DNA of 64,000 nt from Bacteroidetes bacterium UBA3022 (GTDB lineage: Bacteria; Bacteroidota; Bacteroidia; Chitinophagales; BACL12). Made by a program: the position numbers and the translations under genes. Below, in pieces: positions 19,325 through 29,895 of the stretch. Under the pieces are notes generated by a model. It was given only the letters and a program-made list of their open reading frames with translations, searched no databases and was not told where the DNA came from. The DNA is taken from the NCBI GenBank assembly GCA_002346225.1, contig DDYY01000079.1, positions 4,394 through 68,393 of the forward strand. The letters are read 5' to 3'. Each line of letters opens with the position of its first letter. Position 1 is the stretch's first letter.

Positions 19325-20447
19325 CTTCTTTAATTTTTAATATTTTTTCTATCTCGTCTACAATCCTTACCGCAGCATCTGTTACCGCAAGTTTCCGGAT
19401 AGACTTGGAAAGCTGTTCCTGTTTTTCCTGATCGCGCGTCAACTGCAACATAGTATTAATGAGCTGAGTAGCGGCGTTGGCGTCGCTGATATGAATAGCT
19501 GCTCCAGCATTTTCCAATGACCGGGCATTGCTGGTTTGATGGTCTTCGGCAGCATATGGAAAGGGCACCAGAATAACAGGCTTTCCAACTACACATAATT
19601 CAGAAATAGCGATAGCTCCTGCCCTGGAAACAATGACATCTGCAGCTGCATATGCTTTAGCCATATCGGGAATGAATTCAGTAACCGTTACATTGTCCAT
19701 GCCACTTGCCTGCTTTCTGCATTGGTCTGCCATGAGTTTGCCGGTCTGCCATATCACATGAATTTCTTCCTGCCGTATGCGATTCAAATCTCGCAGCATA
19801 CATTCGTTGAAGGTGCGGGCACCCAGACTTCCCCCAACAATCAATACCACCTTCTTATGATTGGGAATTTTAAAGTGTTTCTTTCCCTCCTCCTGCGTCA
19901 CGGTATTATCGATAATTTCTCTGCGTACTGGATTCCCCGACATAACCGTTTTGCCACTCGGAAAGAAATGCTCCATATTAGCATAAGCCACAAATACCTT
20001 TTCTGCTTTTCTGGCCAGAATCCTGTTGGTTACACCAGGATAGGAATTCTGCTCCTGCACGATACCCGGAATTCCATTGCGCATTGCAGCATTCAGTGCG
20101 GGACCGCTGGCATAACCGCCGGTTCCGATGGCAATATGTGGCTTAAATTTTCTAACAATGCTACCCGCTTTGAAATAACTATGCAGGAGCTTAAATGGGA
20201 AAGCGAGATTACTCATATTGAAACTCCGCTGAAAACCACTGATCCACAAGCCCTCTATCGGATATCCTGCTGCAGGTACTTTCTCCATCTCCATCTTATG
20301 CTTTGCACCCACAAACAGGAACTGACTTTCCGGATACCGAAGTCGGATTTCATTGGCGATAGCAATAGCCGGGAAGATATGTCCTCCGGTGCCGCCACCA
20401 CTTACTAATATTTTATATGACTTATTCAATTGCAATAGCTTGTTCAT
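19317..20447 (-). CDS. murG: undecaprenyldiphospho-muramoylpentapeptide beta-N-acetylglucosaminyltransferase
   Basis: Contains GGGTGGHIFPAIAIA and the GT28 C-terminal block. It overlaps the ftsW 3' end by 26 nt. Confidence 0.93.
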   Translation of the reverse strand: MNKLLQLNKSYKILVSGGGTGGHIFPAIAIANEIRLRYPESQFLFVGAKHKMEMEKVPAAGYPIEGLWISGFQRSFNMSNLAFPFKLLHSYFKAGSIVRKFKPHIAIGTGGYASGPALNAAMRNGIPGIVQEQNSYPGVTNRILARKAEKVFVAYANMEHFFPSGKTVMSGNPVRREIIDNTVTQEEGKKHFKIPNHKKVVLIVGGSLGARTFNECMLRDLNRIRQEEIHVIWQTGKLMADQCRKQASGMDNVTVTEFIPDMAKAYAAADVIVSRAGAIAISELCVVGKPVILVPFPYAAEDHQTSNARSLENAGAAIHISDANAATQLINTMLQLTRDQEKQEQLSKSIRKLAVTDAAVRIVDEIEKILKIKEDE

Positions 20448-21612
20448 CTTCCGGCAGTTGTCCCGCCTTTTGTAATTCGTTCATTTCAATTTGTCTGCTC
20501 ACGCTTAGAATAATCCCGAATGACATACTCGTAAACCACAAGGATGTCCCTCCCATACTGATAAGGGGAAGTGTTAATCCGGTTACGGGCAGCAGACTTG
20601 TGGCCACCCCCATATTCACGAGCGCCTGAATAGTTAAACTTAAACCCAGACCTATGGCTAACAGTGCTCCGAAACTGGTCGGTGCATAGACAACGATTCT
20701 AATGCATCGGTACAACAACACGAGGAAAAGCACGATAATCACAATACCACCCAGCATACCATATTCTTCAATAATGACTGCATAGATAAAATCGGAATAG
20801 GCATGCGGAAGGAAATGACGCTGGGTACTATTACCGGGTCCCTGTCCGATTACCCCTCCCTTGGCCACGGCAATTTTTGCATAGCGCACCTGATCGGGTT
20901 CTTCCCTGTTCTCATCTACGAAAGACTCCACCCGGTTCTTCCATGTGTCCAGTCGTCCAATATCAGGTAAAACGTAAGACAAGCCGATAATGGCCGCGAT
21001 GAGTATCACTCCCGAGAGAAAGGTGAGCGCGATGTATTTGAAATTTACCCGGCCCACAAACATCAACAACATACAGGTAAAGAAAAGTATGGCTGCGGTG
21101 GAAAGGTTGGCAGGAAAAATTAAAGCGCACACAATAATCACAGGCAATATCACAGGGACGAAAGCTTCCTTGAAACTATCTATCTGATGTTGCTTCTTAG
21201 ATAGTAGTCGTGCAGTATACATAATCAACGCAAAACGTGCCAAATCACTCGTCTGAAAGGTGAGATTAATGACAGGCAGGACAATCCAACGAGAAGCGTC
21301 ATTTAAATTCACACCAAAAAAAAGTGTATATATCAGCAAGGGTACTGAAATCCAAAGTAAAATTTGTGAGATACGCGAATAGTATCGGTAAGGGATCAGG
21401 TGAGCCAGGTACATCATTCCCACACCCATCATCAGGATGGCAGTATGTTTCATGACATAGTATTCGGTATTACCACTCTGTTCCTTAAACGAAAGCGAAC
21501 CGGTAGAGCTGTACACAGCCAGAATACTGAAGAGCGAAAGCCCCAGCACCACCAGCCAGATGTAGCGGTCACCTCCTAATTTCTTGGTAATATATTGGAT
21601 GGCGTTTCCCAT
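20422..21612 (-). CDS. ftsW: FtsW/RodA (SEDS) family peptidoglycan glycosyltransferase
   Basis: Polytopic membrane protein with the SEDS-type block LPHAYSDFIYAVIIEEYG and the ending TGLTLPLISMGGTS. Confidence 0.9.
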   Translation of the reverse strand: MGNAIQYITKKLGGDRYIWLVVLGLSLFSILAVYSSTGSLSFKEQSGNTEYYVMKHTAILMMGVGMMYLAHLIPYRYYSRISQILLWISVPLLIYTLFFGVNLNDASRWIVLPVINLTFQTSDLARFALIMYTARLLSKKQHQIDSFKEAFVPVILPVIIVCALIFPANLSTAAILFFTCMLLMFVGRVNFKYIALTFLSGVILIAAIIGLSYVLPDIGRLDTWKNRVESFVDENREEPDQVRYAKIAVAKGGVIGQGPGNSTQRHFLPHAYSDFIYAVIIEEYGMLGGIVIIVLFLVLLYRCIRIVVYAPTSFGALLAIGLGLSLTIQALVNMGVATSLLPVTGLTLPLISMGGTSLWFTSMSFGIILSVSRQIEMNELQKAGQLPEDEQAIAIE

Positions 21613-21622
21613 TGTTAAATGC

Positions 21623-22960
21623 TTACAGCTCCTTTACCAGTTGCTTGAACATATTACCTCTCTCTTCATAGTTTTCAAACAGGTCAAAGCTGGCGCAGGC
21701 AGGAGACAGCAATACTGTGTCACCATTTGCACCGAGGCGATAAGCCATGTCTACAGCATCTTGCATGCTATCGGTAGTAACCATTATATCCACCAGCTTT
21801 GAAAAAGATTCCTGCAGTTTCCTGTTGTCTTTGCCCAGACAAACAATTGCCTTAACCTTCTTGCGAACCAGCTCAGTCAACTCCGAGTAGTCATTGCCTT
21901 TGTCCACACCTCCCGCAATCCAGATAACAGGATCATTCATGCTTTCAAGTGCGTACCAGGTAGAATTCACATTGGTAGCTTTTGAATCGTTGATAAAGTT
22001 GATACCATGTACTTTAGCAACATGCTCTAACCGATGTTCCAGGCCGGAAAAATCCATCAGACTTTCTCTGATACTTTCTTTCTTAATATCCAGAACGTGT
22101 CCGGATATTGCCGCTGCCATTGAATTGTAACGGTTGTGCTTTCCCTGCAATGCGAGTTCACTGATGGTCATAGTAAATGTATTTTGGTTGAATTGAAAAA
22201 AAATATTTTTGTCATCCCACCATGCACCTTCTGCAGGAACATTGTGGATGGAAAATGTAAGCGGGGTAGCTGTCGAAAGATGCTGTTGCAGTCCGTTCAA
22301 CAAGATGGGATCATCGGCATTATAGATGAAATAATCATCCTTTTGCTGATTCTCTGTGATTCTGAATTTCGCTGCCACGTAATTTGACAACTGATAGTTG
22401 TACCGGTCGAGATGGTCTGGTGTAATATTTAATAAAATCCCGATGAAAGGCCTGAATGTGCGGATATCATCCAGCTGAAAACTGCTTACTTCCAGTACAT
22501 ACCAATCATTATCCCCATCCGCCAGTAATCCTGCGAAACTGATACCCACATTACCACCCATGGCGACATTCAATCCCGCCTTTTTAAGGATATGATAGAT
22601 CCAGTTGGTGGTGGTGGTTTTGCCATTGCTTCCTGTTATGGCAATAATTCTTCCAGGACAGAATCTGTAAGCGAACTCAATCTCACCATAGTATTCAATA
22701 CCAGCAGCAATAACCTTCTGCATCAAAGGAGTGGTATCAGGGATTCCCGGACTTTTAATAATCAAATCGGCAGCTAAAACACGCTCCATGGTATGTCCCC
22801 CTTCTTCCCATTCTATCCCTTCCCCTTCCAGTATGCCCGCATATTTGGATGACAGCTGCTTGCTATCGCTTACGAAAACGTCGTATCCTTTGCGCAACGC
22901 CAATCGCGCAGCACCAACACCGCTTTCACCACCGCCTAATATGACTGCCCGTTGTCCCAT
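21623..22960 (-). CDS. murD: UDP-N-acetylmuramoylalanine--D-glutamate ligase
   Basis: N-terminal Rossmann ILGGGESGVGAA and P-loop ITGSNGKTTT. Position in the dcw cluster agrees. Confidence 0.93.
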   Translation of the reverse strand: MGQRAVILGGGESGVGAARLALRKGYDVFVSDSKQLSSKYAGILEGEGIEWEEGGHTMERVLAADLIIKSPGIPDTTPLMQKVIAAGIEYYGEIEFAYRFCPGRIIAITGSNGKTTTTNWIYHILKKAGLNVAMGGNVGISFAGLLADGDNDWYVLEVSSFQLDDIRTFRPFIGILLNITPDHLDRYNYQLSNYVAAKFRITENQQKDDYFIYNADDPILLNGLQQHLSTATPLTFSIHNVPAEGAWWDDKNIFFQFNQNTFTMTISELALQGKHNRYNSMAAAISGHVLDIKKESIRESLMDFSGLEHRLEHVAKVHGINFINDSKATNVNSTWYALESMNDPVIWIAGGVDKGNDYSELTELVRKKVKAIVCLGKDNRKLQESFSKLVDIMVTTDSMQDAVDMAYRLGANGDTVLLSPACASFDLFENYEERGNMFKQLVKEL

Positions 22961-24265
22961 TTACCTTACTTTCAGCGTAACGATTGTGATGATGGCGAGA
23001 AACACCCCTACAATCCAGAACCTTGCAACAATCTTGGTTTCGTGCATTCCTGCTTTCTGAAAATGATGGTGCAGTGGCGACATTTTAAATATCCTTCTGC
23101 CCTCACCATATTTCCTTTTGGTGTATTTGAAATAAGATACCTGCATGACGACACTCAGGTTTTCCATGAGAAAAATTCCACACAGCACGGGTATCAGTAA
23201 TTCCTTTCTGATGAGCAAAGCCAGTGAGGCAATGATTCCTCCTATGGCAAGACTTCCCGTATCACCCATAAATACCTGGGCCGGATAAGCATTGTACCAG
23301 AGAAAACCAACGCAGGCTCCGATGAAGGCTGCACTGAATACAACCAACTCTCCTGAGTTGGGTATGTACATGATATTCAGGTAGTCTGCCAGTAATACGT
23401 TACCTGCTACGTATGAAAATATCAGCAAGGTGAATACAACTATGGATGATGTACCTGCAGCCAACCCATCCAGACCATCCGTTAAGTTGGCTCCATTGGA
23501 TACTGCCGTTATTATGATTACAATTATAAACAGGTAAAGTATTGGAAAAAGCCAACGCTGCATACCCTTCCCAGCCCAGCCTACCAGCCACTCATAATCA
23601 AACTCATTATTCTTAATAAAAGGAATAGTAGAAATGGTAGACCGCGTATCGTGCGATAAGAACCTTTCTCCGCTGGCATCGAGCATCCCTTCGCCATCCA
23701 GTCTTACACCATTGGCATCATAGCTTTCAATCGGCTTACCCACAGGCATTCCGTTTTCAACTTCATACACATATATCTTATCGAAATCACGCAACTTGAT
23801 GTCATCGGATAAATAGAGCACAAGTCCGACTATAAGTGCCAGTCCCACCTGACCCATGAGTTTGAATTTGGCGCGCAGCCCTTCCTTATTCTTGCGGAAT
23901 ACTTTGATGTAATCATCGAGAAATCCGATACCGCCCATCCAGACGGTTACAACTATCATCAATATTATATATATGTTCAGGATGTCTGCAAAGAGAATAG
24001 TAGGAATCAACAGCGCTATTAGAATAATAACACCACCCATCGTAGGCGTTCCTTTTTTGCTTAACTGACCTTCCAGTCCAAGATCCCTGATAGATTCACC
24101 AATCTGCTGCTTCTGCAGGTAAAGTATAATGCGCTTACCAAAAATGATTGAAATAATAAGCGAGAACAGGATAGCCATCGCCGCTCTGAAGGAGAGGTAT
24201 TCGAACAGACCCGCACCCGGTATATTAAATTCACGTTCCAGCCATGTAAATAGATAATACAGCAT
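22961..24265 (-). CDS. mraY: phospho-N-acetylmuramoyl-pentapeptide transferase
   Basis: Contains [30 protein letters not shown] and HHHF. It has a roughly 60-aa loop insertion relative to the E. coli-sized enzyme. Confidence 0.95.
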   Translation of the reverse strand: MLYYLFTWLEREFNIPGAGLFEYLSFRAAMAILFSLIISIIFGKRIILYLQKQQIGESIRDLGLEGQLSKKGTPTMGGVIILIALLIPTILFADILNIYIILMIVVTVWMGGIGFLDDYIKVFRKNKEGLRAKFKLMGQVGLALIVGLVLYLSDDIKLRDFDKIYVYEVENGMPVGKPIESYDANGVRLDGEGMLDASGERFLSHDTRSTISTIPFIKNNEFDYEWLVGWAGKGMQRWLFPILYLFIIVIIITAVSNGANLTDGLDGLAAGTSSIVVFTLLIFSYVAGNVLLADYLNIMYIPNSGELVVFSAAFIGACVGFLWYNAYPAQVFMGDTGSLAIGGIIASLALLIRKELLIPVLCGIFLMENLSVVMQVSYFKYTKRKYGEGRRIFKMSPLHHHFQKAGMHETKIVARFWIVGVFLAIITIVTLKVR

Positions 24266-25731
24266 TAGCCTGTTATATTTTTCAGGGTTTCCGTAATAAT
24301 TTCTTTATCGTTGAATGGGTACTTCACCCCCTTGATTTCCTGGTACAATTCATGTCCCTTGCCGGCAACTAAGACCACATCGCCCTTTGCCGCCATATGA
24401 ATGGCCGTGCGAATAGCCTCTTTCCTATTCACAATTGACAGGGTCTTATGCTTCATTTCAGCAGAAAGTCCTTCTTCCATTTCGCGGATTATCATTTCCG
24501 GTTCCTCATCTCTGGGATTGTCAGATGTCAGCACCACCTTATCGCTGTACTTCGCGGCAGTTTTGGCCATTACCGGTCGCTTTGCCTTATCGCGATTGCC
24601 ACCACAACCTATTACAGTCACGATATGCTTTCCCGGAACCAGCATATCGCGCAAAGTGGTGAGCACCTGCTCAACAGCGTCCGGCGTATGCGCATAATCT
24701 ACTACCCCGGTTATTCCACCCGGCGATAACTGCACTACTTCCAACCTGCCGGGAACTTTACCCAGACCACTGATTGCAGTCAGTACAGCATCCTTATCCT
24801 GTCTGAGTAAAATAGCAGTGCCATACACAGCAGTTAAATTCCAGGCATTGAAAGCGCCTCGCATAGGAGTGTGTAACTCATTACCGTCTATGCGCAATTG
24901 CAACCCATCAATGCTATTATTGATGATACGCGTAGTGAAATCTCCATCCGATTTAACTCCGTAAGTGTGCACTTCGGCATTGGTATTCTGTACCATCACA
25001 CTGCTATGTACATCATCATTATTGATCAATGCATGCGCATCTGCCGACAATCCATCAAAAAACATTTTCTTAGCCGCTATGTACTTATCGAATGTCTTAT
25101 GATAATCCAGATGGTCATGCGTAATATTTGTAAAAACAGCAACTGTAAAATGTAGTCCTGCAATTCGCTGCTGGTGCGCCGCATGCGAACTCACCTCCAT
25201 AAATGCGTAAGTACAACCTGCAGTTACCATGCTTGCCAACAATTGGTTGAGCTGCACAGGATCAGGCGTCGTGTGGGTAGAAGGAATTACCGTTCCATCA
25301 ATTTTATTTTCGATAGTGGAAATGAGCCCGACCCCATATCCCAGTGCCCTGAAAAGCTCATAACTCAGGGTGGCAGTGGTAGTCTTACCATTGGTACCCG
25401 TGATCCCTACCAATTGCAAGCGCCTGGAAGGATGATCGTAAAATGCAGAACTTAACAAGCCCAATGCCTGAGCAGCATTCTTTACTTCAACATAAGTAGC
25501 TAAAGAGTCTAAACCAGACGGTACATATTCCAGAACAACTGCTGCTGCACCGGCTTGGATTGCCATGTCAATAAAATGGTGGCCATCGTGTTGTGTTCCT
25601 CTTACCGCTACGAAAAGAAACCCAGGTTCCACTGCACGGGAATCGGCTGTAATCCCTTTTATCAGGATTTCAGCATCACCCATGAACCTCACCAGTTCCA
25701 CCTCTTTTAATATGTGGTGCAACTTTTTCAT
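24265..25731 (-). CDS. murE: UDP-N-acetylmuramoyl-L-alanyl-D-glutamate--2,6-diaminopimelate ligase
   Basis: Contains P-loop [11 protein letters not shown], the DYAHTPDA block and the DNPR motif (TSDNPRDE), which is typical of DAP-adding MurE. Confidence 0.92.
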   Translation of the reverse strand: MKKLHHILKEVELVRFMGDAEILIKGITADSRAVEPGFLFVAVRGTQHDGHHFIDMAIQAGAAAVVLEYVPSGLDSLATYVEVKNAAQALGLLSSAFYDHPSRRLQLVGITGTNGKTTTATLSYELFRALGYGVGLISTIENKIDGTVIPSTHTTPDPVQLNQLLASMVTAGCTYAFMEVSSHAAHQQRIAGLHFTVAVFTNITHDHLDYHKTFDKYIAAKKMFFDGLSADAHALINNDDVHSSVMVQNTNAEVHTYGVKSDGDFTTRIINNSIDGLQLRIDGNELHTPMRGAFNAWNLTAVYGTAILLRQDKDAVLTAISGLGKVPGRLEVVQLSPGGITGVVDYAHTPDAVEQVLTTLRDMLVPGKHIVTVIGCGGNRDKAKRPVMAKTAAKYSDKVVLTSDNPRDEEPEMIIREMEEGLSAEMKHKTLSIVNRKEAIRTAIHMAAKGDVVLVAGKGHELYQEIKGVKYPFNDKEIITETLKNITG

Positions 25732-27821
25732 CCGAGTCGTATTTGCACCTGTGCCCCTTTGTACGTTGCTGCACCGGGAGCCACAGACTGATAAACTACT
25801 TTTCCTACACCACTTACCTGAACTTTAAGCCCCTGGCTTTCCAATAAGAATATGGCATCTCTTGCGCCCATGCCTTTTACCGATGGCATGGTTTGTTCAT
25901 GAATGACAATATCATCTACGTCTGCTTTCGAATGCTGGAGATCTACCAACCACCAATCGCCGGCAGCATTATCAGGTACATCAATATGAAACCAATCGAA
26001 AATGGTACGATAATCATTACCATATCCTTTGGAGCGAACATCCATACCCAGTAACAGCGAGTCATTACTGTTGACGGGTTCAATTATTTGCAGGTGATGA
26101 GAATAAACTTTGTCTGCAATCTCCCTAAACACCGGACCTGCCACTGATCCACCGTAATAGATACCATTGGTAGGATTGCTCACCATCACCATGATAGAAT
26201 AGCGGGGTGATTCTGCCGGGAAGTAGCCGATAAAGCTGGCCAGGTACTGTCCCGATGCATAAGTTCCATTCACCAGCTTTTGTGCGGTACCTGTTTTTCC
26301 TGCAATACCATAGTGCTCATTCCACAAACTTCTGGCTGTGCCGCTGTCCACCACAGCTAACATGCTTTGCTGCAGCTGTAATAGGGTCTTTTCACTACAT
26401 ATACTTTCTTTTAATACTACCGGATCATATTTGTCTATAATTCGGCCATACTGAGAAGTTCCTTCCACAAGCATGGGCTGCATCAGTCTGCCCCCATTGG
26501 CAACTGCATTGTAGAAGTTCAGCATTTGCAGTGGTGTTACCTGTAATTCATATCCCACACTCATCCATGGAAGCGTGGTACCATACCAGTCACGAGCAGA
26601 CGGATCCTTTTTGAAGATAGGAGCAGGCTCCCCCTGAATGGCAATTCCTGTAGGCTTATCTATGCCTGTTGCACTGAGGTGTTCGAGGTAACGCTCTGGT
26701 GTTTTGGTGTAAAATTGATTGACCAGCCTTGATATACCGACGTTGGAAGATTTTGCAAATGCTGTTTTTACAGTAACATTATTGTAGTGGTGGGCACCTT
26801 CACTATCCCACATAGTGCGCTTATAATACTGAATCTGACCCTGATTAAGATCTACACTGTCATTGATGGAAACGTAGTTATCTTCCAGTAATGCAAGCAG
26901 CGAAAATAATTTGAATGTGGAACCGGGTTCTACGCGTTCAGCCACCGCATAGTTGAGCACTTCTTCATAGTTCCCGGATTGCTGGCGAGTCAGATTACTT
27001 ATAGCACGAACCTTACCCGTCCTTACCTCCATCACTACTGCTGTACCCCAGTCCGCTCCATTTTTCTCCAATGTTCTGCGAAGTGCATTCTCAGTGATAT
27101 CCTGAATATTGACATCTATGGTGGTAATGAGGTCCAGGCCATCATGCGGCTCTACCTCTGTCTCATCGCTCACGGGCATCCACACACCGCCTGATACTTT
27201 CCGCATCAATTGTCTTCCAGGCGTACCTGCAAGCTCTTCATCAAAAGCGCCTTCGATACCAACATTGGTTCCTTCGCGTGCATATCCGACAGTTCGGCTG
27301 GCGAGACTTCCATAAGGGCGCTCCCTGCGCTCTGTCTTAGTGTACATAAATCCACCCCTATAGCGCCCCTCTCTGAATATGGGTAATTCGCGCAGGCGAA
27401 TCAATTGAGGAACAGAAACTTTTTTATGCAATATGAGATACTGCCGCTTGTTGTTCCTGGCAGTAACAATCTTTTGCTTATACCAGGATGCAGGATGATC
27501 CCCCAGCACCTCTGACAAACCCCATGCAAGCGAGTCAATTCCGGAACGGAATAAATCTGACGCTACTACTGTAGGATCCATGCTGATGATATAGTAGGGA
27601 AAAGATGCAGCCAAGAGATCGCCACCCTGCGCATAAATATTTCCCCGTTTCGCCGGAATGACTTTATAGTCGAGCTGGGCATCATCAGCCATGGCGCGGT
27701 ACTCGTCCCCCTGCACATACTGCACCTTGGCAATCTGCACAACGATGGCAAGACCCAAAATAATGAGTAAGGTAAACGTGAGGTACAACCTCCATAATAT
27801 GTCCTTCTTAACCTCGGTCAT
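25728..27821 (-). CDS. ftsI: class B penicillin-binding protein (FtsI-type transpeptidase) with C-terminal PASTA-like domain
   Basis: N-terminal TM segment. Motifs are SxxK (GSTFKL), SxN (KSSNVG) and KTG (GKTGTA). The C-terminus is MPSVKGMGARDAIFLLESQGLKVQVSGVG... Confidence 0.9.
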   Translation of the reverse strand: MTEVKKDILWRLYLTFTLLIILGLAIVVQIAKVQYVQGDEYRAMADDAQLDYKVIPAKRGNIYAQGGDLLAASFPYYIISMDPTVVASDLFRSGIDSLAWGLSEVLGDHPASWYKQKIVTARNNKRQYLILHKKVSVPQLIRLRELPIFREGRYRGGFMYTKTERRERPYGSLASRTVGYAREGTNVGIEGAFDEELAGTPGRQLMRKVSGGVWMPVSDETEVEPHDGLDLITTIDVNIQDITENALRRTLEKNGADWGTAVVMEVRTGKVRAISNLTRQQSGNYEEVLNYAVAERVEPGSTFKLFSLLALLEDNYVSINDSVDLNQGQIQYYKRTMWDSEGAHHYNNVTVKTAFAKSSNVGISRLVNQFYTKTPERYLEHLSATGIDKPTGIAIQGEPAPIFKKDPSARDWYGTTLPWMSVGYELQVTPLQMLNFYNAVANGGRLMQPMLVEGTSQYGRIIDKYDPVVLKESICSEKTLLQLQQSMLAVVDSGTARSLWNEHYGIAGKTGTAQKLVNGTYASGQYLASFIGYFPAESPRYSIMVMVSNPTNGIYYGGSVAGPVFREIADKVYSHHLQIIEPVNSNDSLLLGMDVRSKGYGNDYRTIFDWFHIDVPDNAAGDWWLVDLQHSKADVDDIVIHEQTMPSVKGMGARDAIFLLESQGLKVQVSGVGKVVYQSVAPGAATYKGAQVQIRLG

Positions 27822-28171
27822 TTATCAATAATGGTATATGGCGGATTGGTTAATTCATACATTTGCTGGTCCTGCACCCTTTCTGCAACCTTGCTCTGTC
27901 TGCTGCTTCGGGTGAGTTCATCTTTCATACTGTTGTAGTTCCACATCACTTCTGTCATATCCTCTTCCGTATTCCTCAGTTCACGCACCATGCGAACACC
28001 TCTGTGATTATTCCATATGTAAACAATGCATAAAAACATTGCGAAAAGTAAGAATGGGATATTGGCATTGATCCATTCCAGCTTTAGAAAGGAAACACCA
28101 TCCAGATTGCGCATCAAAGACGACAGAGATGCTGCTCTTTTCTTCTTACCTGTTTTATTTCCTTCACTCAT
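27818..28171 (-). CDS. ftsL: FtsL-like small bitopic cell division protein
   Basis: 117 aa with a single TM segment (IPFLLFAMFLCIVYIW). It lies between rsmH and ftsI and has a 4-nt overlap with ftsI. Confidence 0.6.
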   Translation of the reverse strand: MSEGNKTGKKKRAASLSSLMRNLDGVSFLKLEWINANIPFLLFAMFLCIVYIWNNHRGVRMVRELRNTEEDMTEVMWNYNSMKDELTRSSRQSKVAERVQDQQMYELTNPPYTIIDK

Positions 28172-28181
28172 GGTTTAAAAA

Positions 28182-29081
28182 TTATATTCGTTCCGCTACC
28201 CGCAACTTGGCACTTGTGGCACGCGAGTTTCTTTTCATCTCTTCCTTACCCGGAAGAATGGGTTTCTTTGTTATGACTTTGTACAATGCTTCTCGCTGAC
28301 CTGTCATATTAGTTATATCATCCTGCGTCGATTCATTTCTAAATGCCGCCTTTACCAACCTGTCTTCCAGGGAATGGTAGGTGATCACGACCAACCTTCC
28401 GCCGGGCGATAACACATCTGCCGCATCCCGCAGCATCTCCTTCAACGATTCCAGCTCATCATTCACAGCAATCCGCAGTGCCTGAAAAACCTGCGCGAGG
28501 TACTTATGCCGCTCTCCTTTCATAACTTTCTCGGCTATCGTCATCAGATCGCCCGTCGTGCGGATAGGCATCAGTTCCCGCGATGCTACAATTTCCATAG
28601 CCAGCTGCCGGGCATTTCTCAGTTCAGCGTAATCACTAAAAATCTGCTGTAAATCGGCTGCACTTGCACTAGATAAAATATGTCCGGCGTGAACATGTGC
28701 TTCTGGATTCATGCGCATATCCAACGGTGCATCATTCCTGAAAGAGAAACCTCTCTCGCCTGCATCGAATTGGTGGCTCGAGACTCCGAGGTCTGCCAGT
28801 ATTCCCTGCACACCGCTAATTCCTGCCACCCGTAACATCCGCTTCATATGCCTGTAATTCCATGGGACGAGTGTAAATCTTGGATCGTCAGGTAGATGTT
28901 GCTGCACTATCGGATCGCGATCAAAGGCAATTACTCTACTATCTCCATTGATTTTATCAAGAATATGGCGCGTGTGACCGCCACCTCCGAACGTTACATC
29001 GACAAACACACCGGTTTTTTCCACCAGCAACGCATCAACGCTTTCATGTAAAAGAACGGGTATGTGAAAGGCGTCACTCAT
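28182..29081 (-). CDS. rsmH: 16S rRNA (cytosine1402-N4)-methyltransferase
   Basis: Contains HIPVLL, DVTFGGGGH, ADLGVSSHQFD and ITYHSLEDR. Confidence 0.93.
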   Translation of the reverse strand: MSDAFHIPVLLHESVDALLVEKTGVFVDVTFGGGGHTRHILDKINGDSRVIAFDRDPIVQQHLPDDPRFTLVPWNYRHMKRMLRVAGISGVQGILADLGVSSHQFDAGERGFSFRNDAPLDMRMNPEAHVHAGHILSSASAADLQQIFSDYAELRNARQLAMEIVASRELMPIRTTGDLMTIAEKVMKGERHKYLAQVFQALRIAVNDELESLKEMLRDAADVLSPGGRLVVITYHSLEDRLVKAAFRNESTQDDITNMTGQREALYKVITKKPILPGKEEMKRNSRATSAKLRVAERI

Positions 29082-29529
29082 CAGGAGTATCGCCCATTAC
29101 TTCTTCAGCCAACCCTGCAAAATCATCGGATTGCATATCAATAACCGAAGTATATTGATCCTTATCCCATATTTCCACCTTACCCTGGAAAGCAGATAGT
29201 ACAATCTCTTTGGTAATACCCGCATAGGCCTGCAATGGCTTCGGTACCAATACCCTTTCGCTGCTGTCGAGCGTCAATTCTGTGGCACCACTCATGAAGT
29301 AGCGTACAAAGTCACGGTTCTTTTTCACGAACATGTTCAATCCATTGAGCCGCGCACTCACCTTCTGCCATTCACTGAAAGGATACAAGACCAGGCATTT
29401 CTCAAAGCCACGGGTAATCACAAAGCGGGCATTGTCTTCTGCTGACAATTGCTTGATCAGCGCAGAAGGCACCTTTAGCCGACCCTTGGGATCCATGTTA
29501 ACTTCAAATTCGCCTAGTAAACCCGACAT
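29074..29529 (-). CDS. mraZ: transcriptional regulator MraZ
   Basis: MSGLLGEFEVNMDPKGRLKVPSALIKQL contains the first SpoVT/AbrB-like repeat, and a second repeat is present (SSERVLVPKPLQ). I chose the ATG at 29529. The track's longer ORF (to 29589) would translate through the GTGGG operator repeats. Confidence 0.85.
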   Translation of the reverse strand: MSGLLGEFEVNMDPKGRLKVPSALIKQLSAEDNARFVITRGFEKCLVLYPFSEWQKVSARLNGLNMFVKKNRDFVRYFMSGATELTLDSSERVLVPKPLQAYAGITKEIVLSAFQGKVEIWDKDQYTSVIDMQSDDFAGLAEEVMGDTPDE

Positions 29530-29580
29530 ATTTTGGTTTGTAGTGGAAATGTAACGTAAATCTAGGGGTAAAATTCCATT

Positions 29581-29610
29581 TCCTCCCACTTTCTCCCACT
29601 TTTACCCACT
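29581..29610 (-). promoter_or_regulatory. putative MraZ operator: three direct GTGGG repeats with 10-bp spacing
   Basis: The plus strand reads tcctCCCACt ttctCCCACt tttaCCCACt. The minus strand therefore carries GTGGG at 29605-29609, 29595-29599 and 29585-29589, the last about 56 nt upstream of the mraZ ATG. E. coli MraZ is known to bind three TGGGN repeats spaced 10 bp apart. Confidence 0.6.
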
Positions 29611-29845
29611 AAAAATTATTCACAAATAATGCACATCCACCCTTTCCAGCTGTGGATATAGTAGAAAAAGTCGCCGAAGACCTTCCTAATCGGACATGCA
29701 ATTGTGTATTACTGAAATGAAAGGCTGTTGATAAGCGCCATTAATCGAGGATGGGCACTGCTTTGCAGAAAGGAATAAAGGAAGTTGGCCACGACGACCA
29801 CCCACCTCAAATGCCTGAATAGCGACCTGTGGCAGGTTCAGGCAT

Positions 29846-29872
29846 AAAAAAAGGCGAAGCTTCTGCTTCGCC
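29846..29872 (-). terminator. intrinsic terminator after pgk
   Basis: The minus strand has GGCGAAGC-AGAA-GCTTCGCC (29853-29872) followed by TTTTTTT (29846-29852). It begins 24 nt past the pgk stop. Confidence 0.7.
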
Positions 29873-29895
29873 TAAATAAAGTAATAAGCTTGTAA

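Noticed and set aside
29530-29589. 20-codon N-terminal extension of mraZ in the supplied ORF (MGGNGILPLDLRYISTTNQN).
   Set aside because: The extension starts inside the first GTGGG repeat unit (29581-29590) of the operator series 29581-29610. MraZ proteins normally begin close to the M..G.F motif, as at the ATG at 29529.
14190-29589. Absence of murF and ddl from the dcw cluster.
   Set aside because: To my knowledge this gene order without murF or ddl is the normal Bacteroidota arrangement. It is not evidence of deletion.
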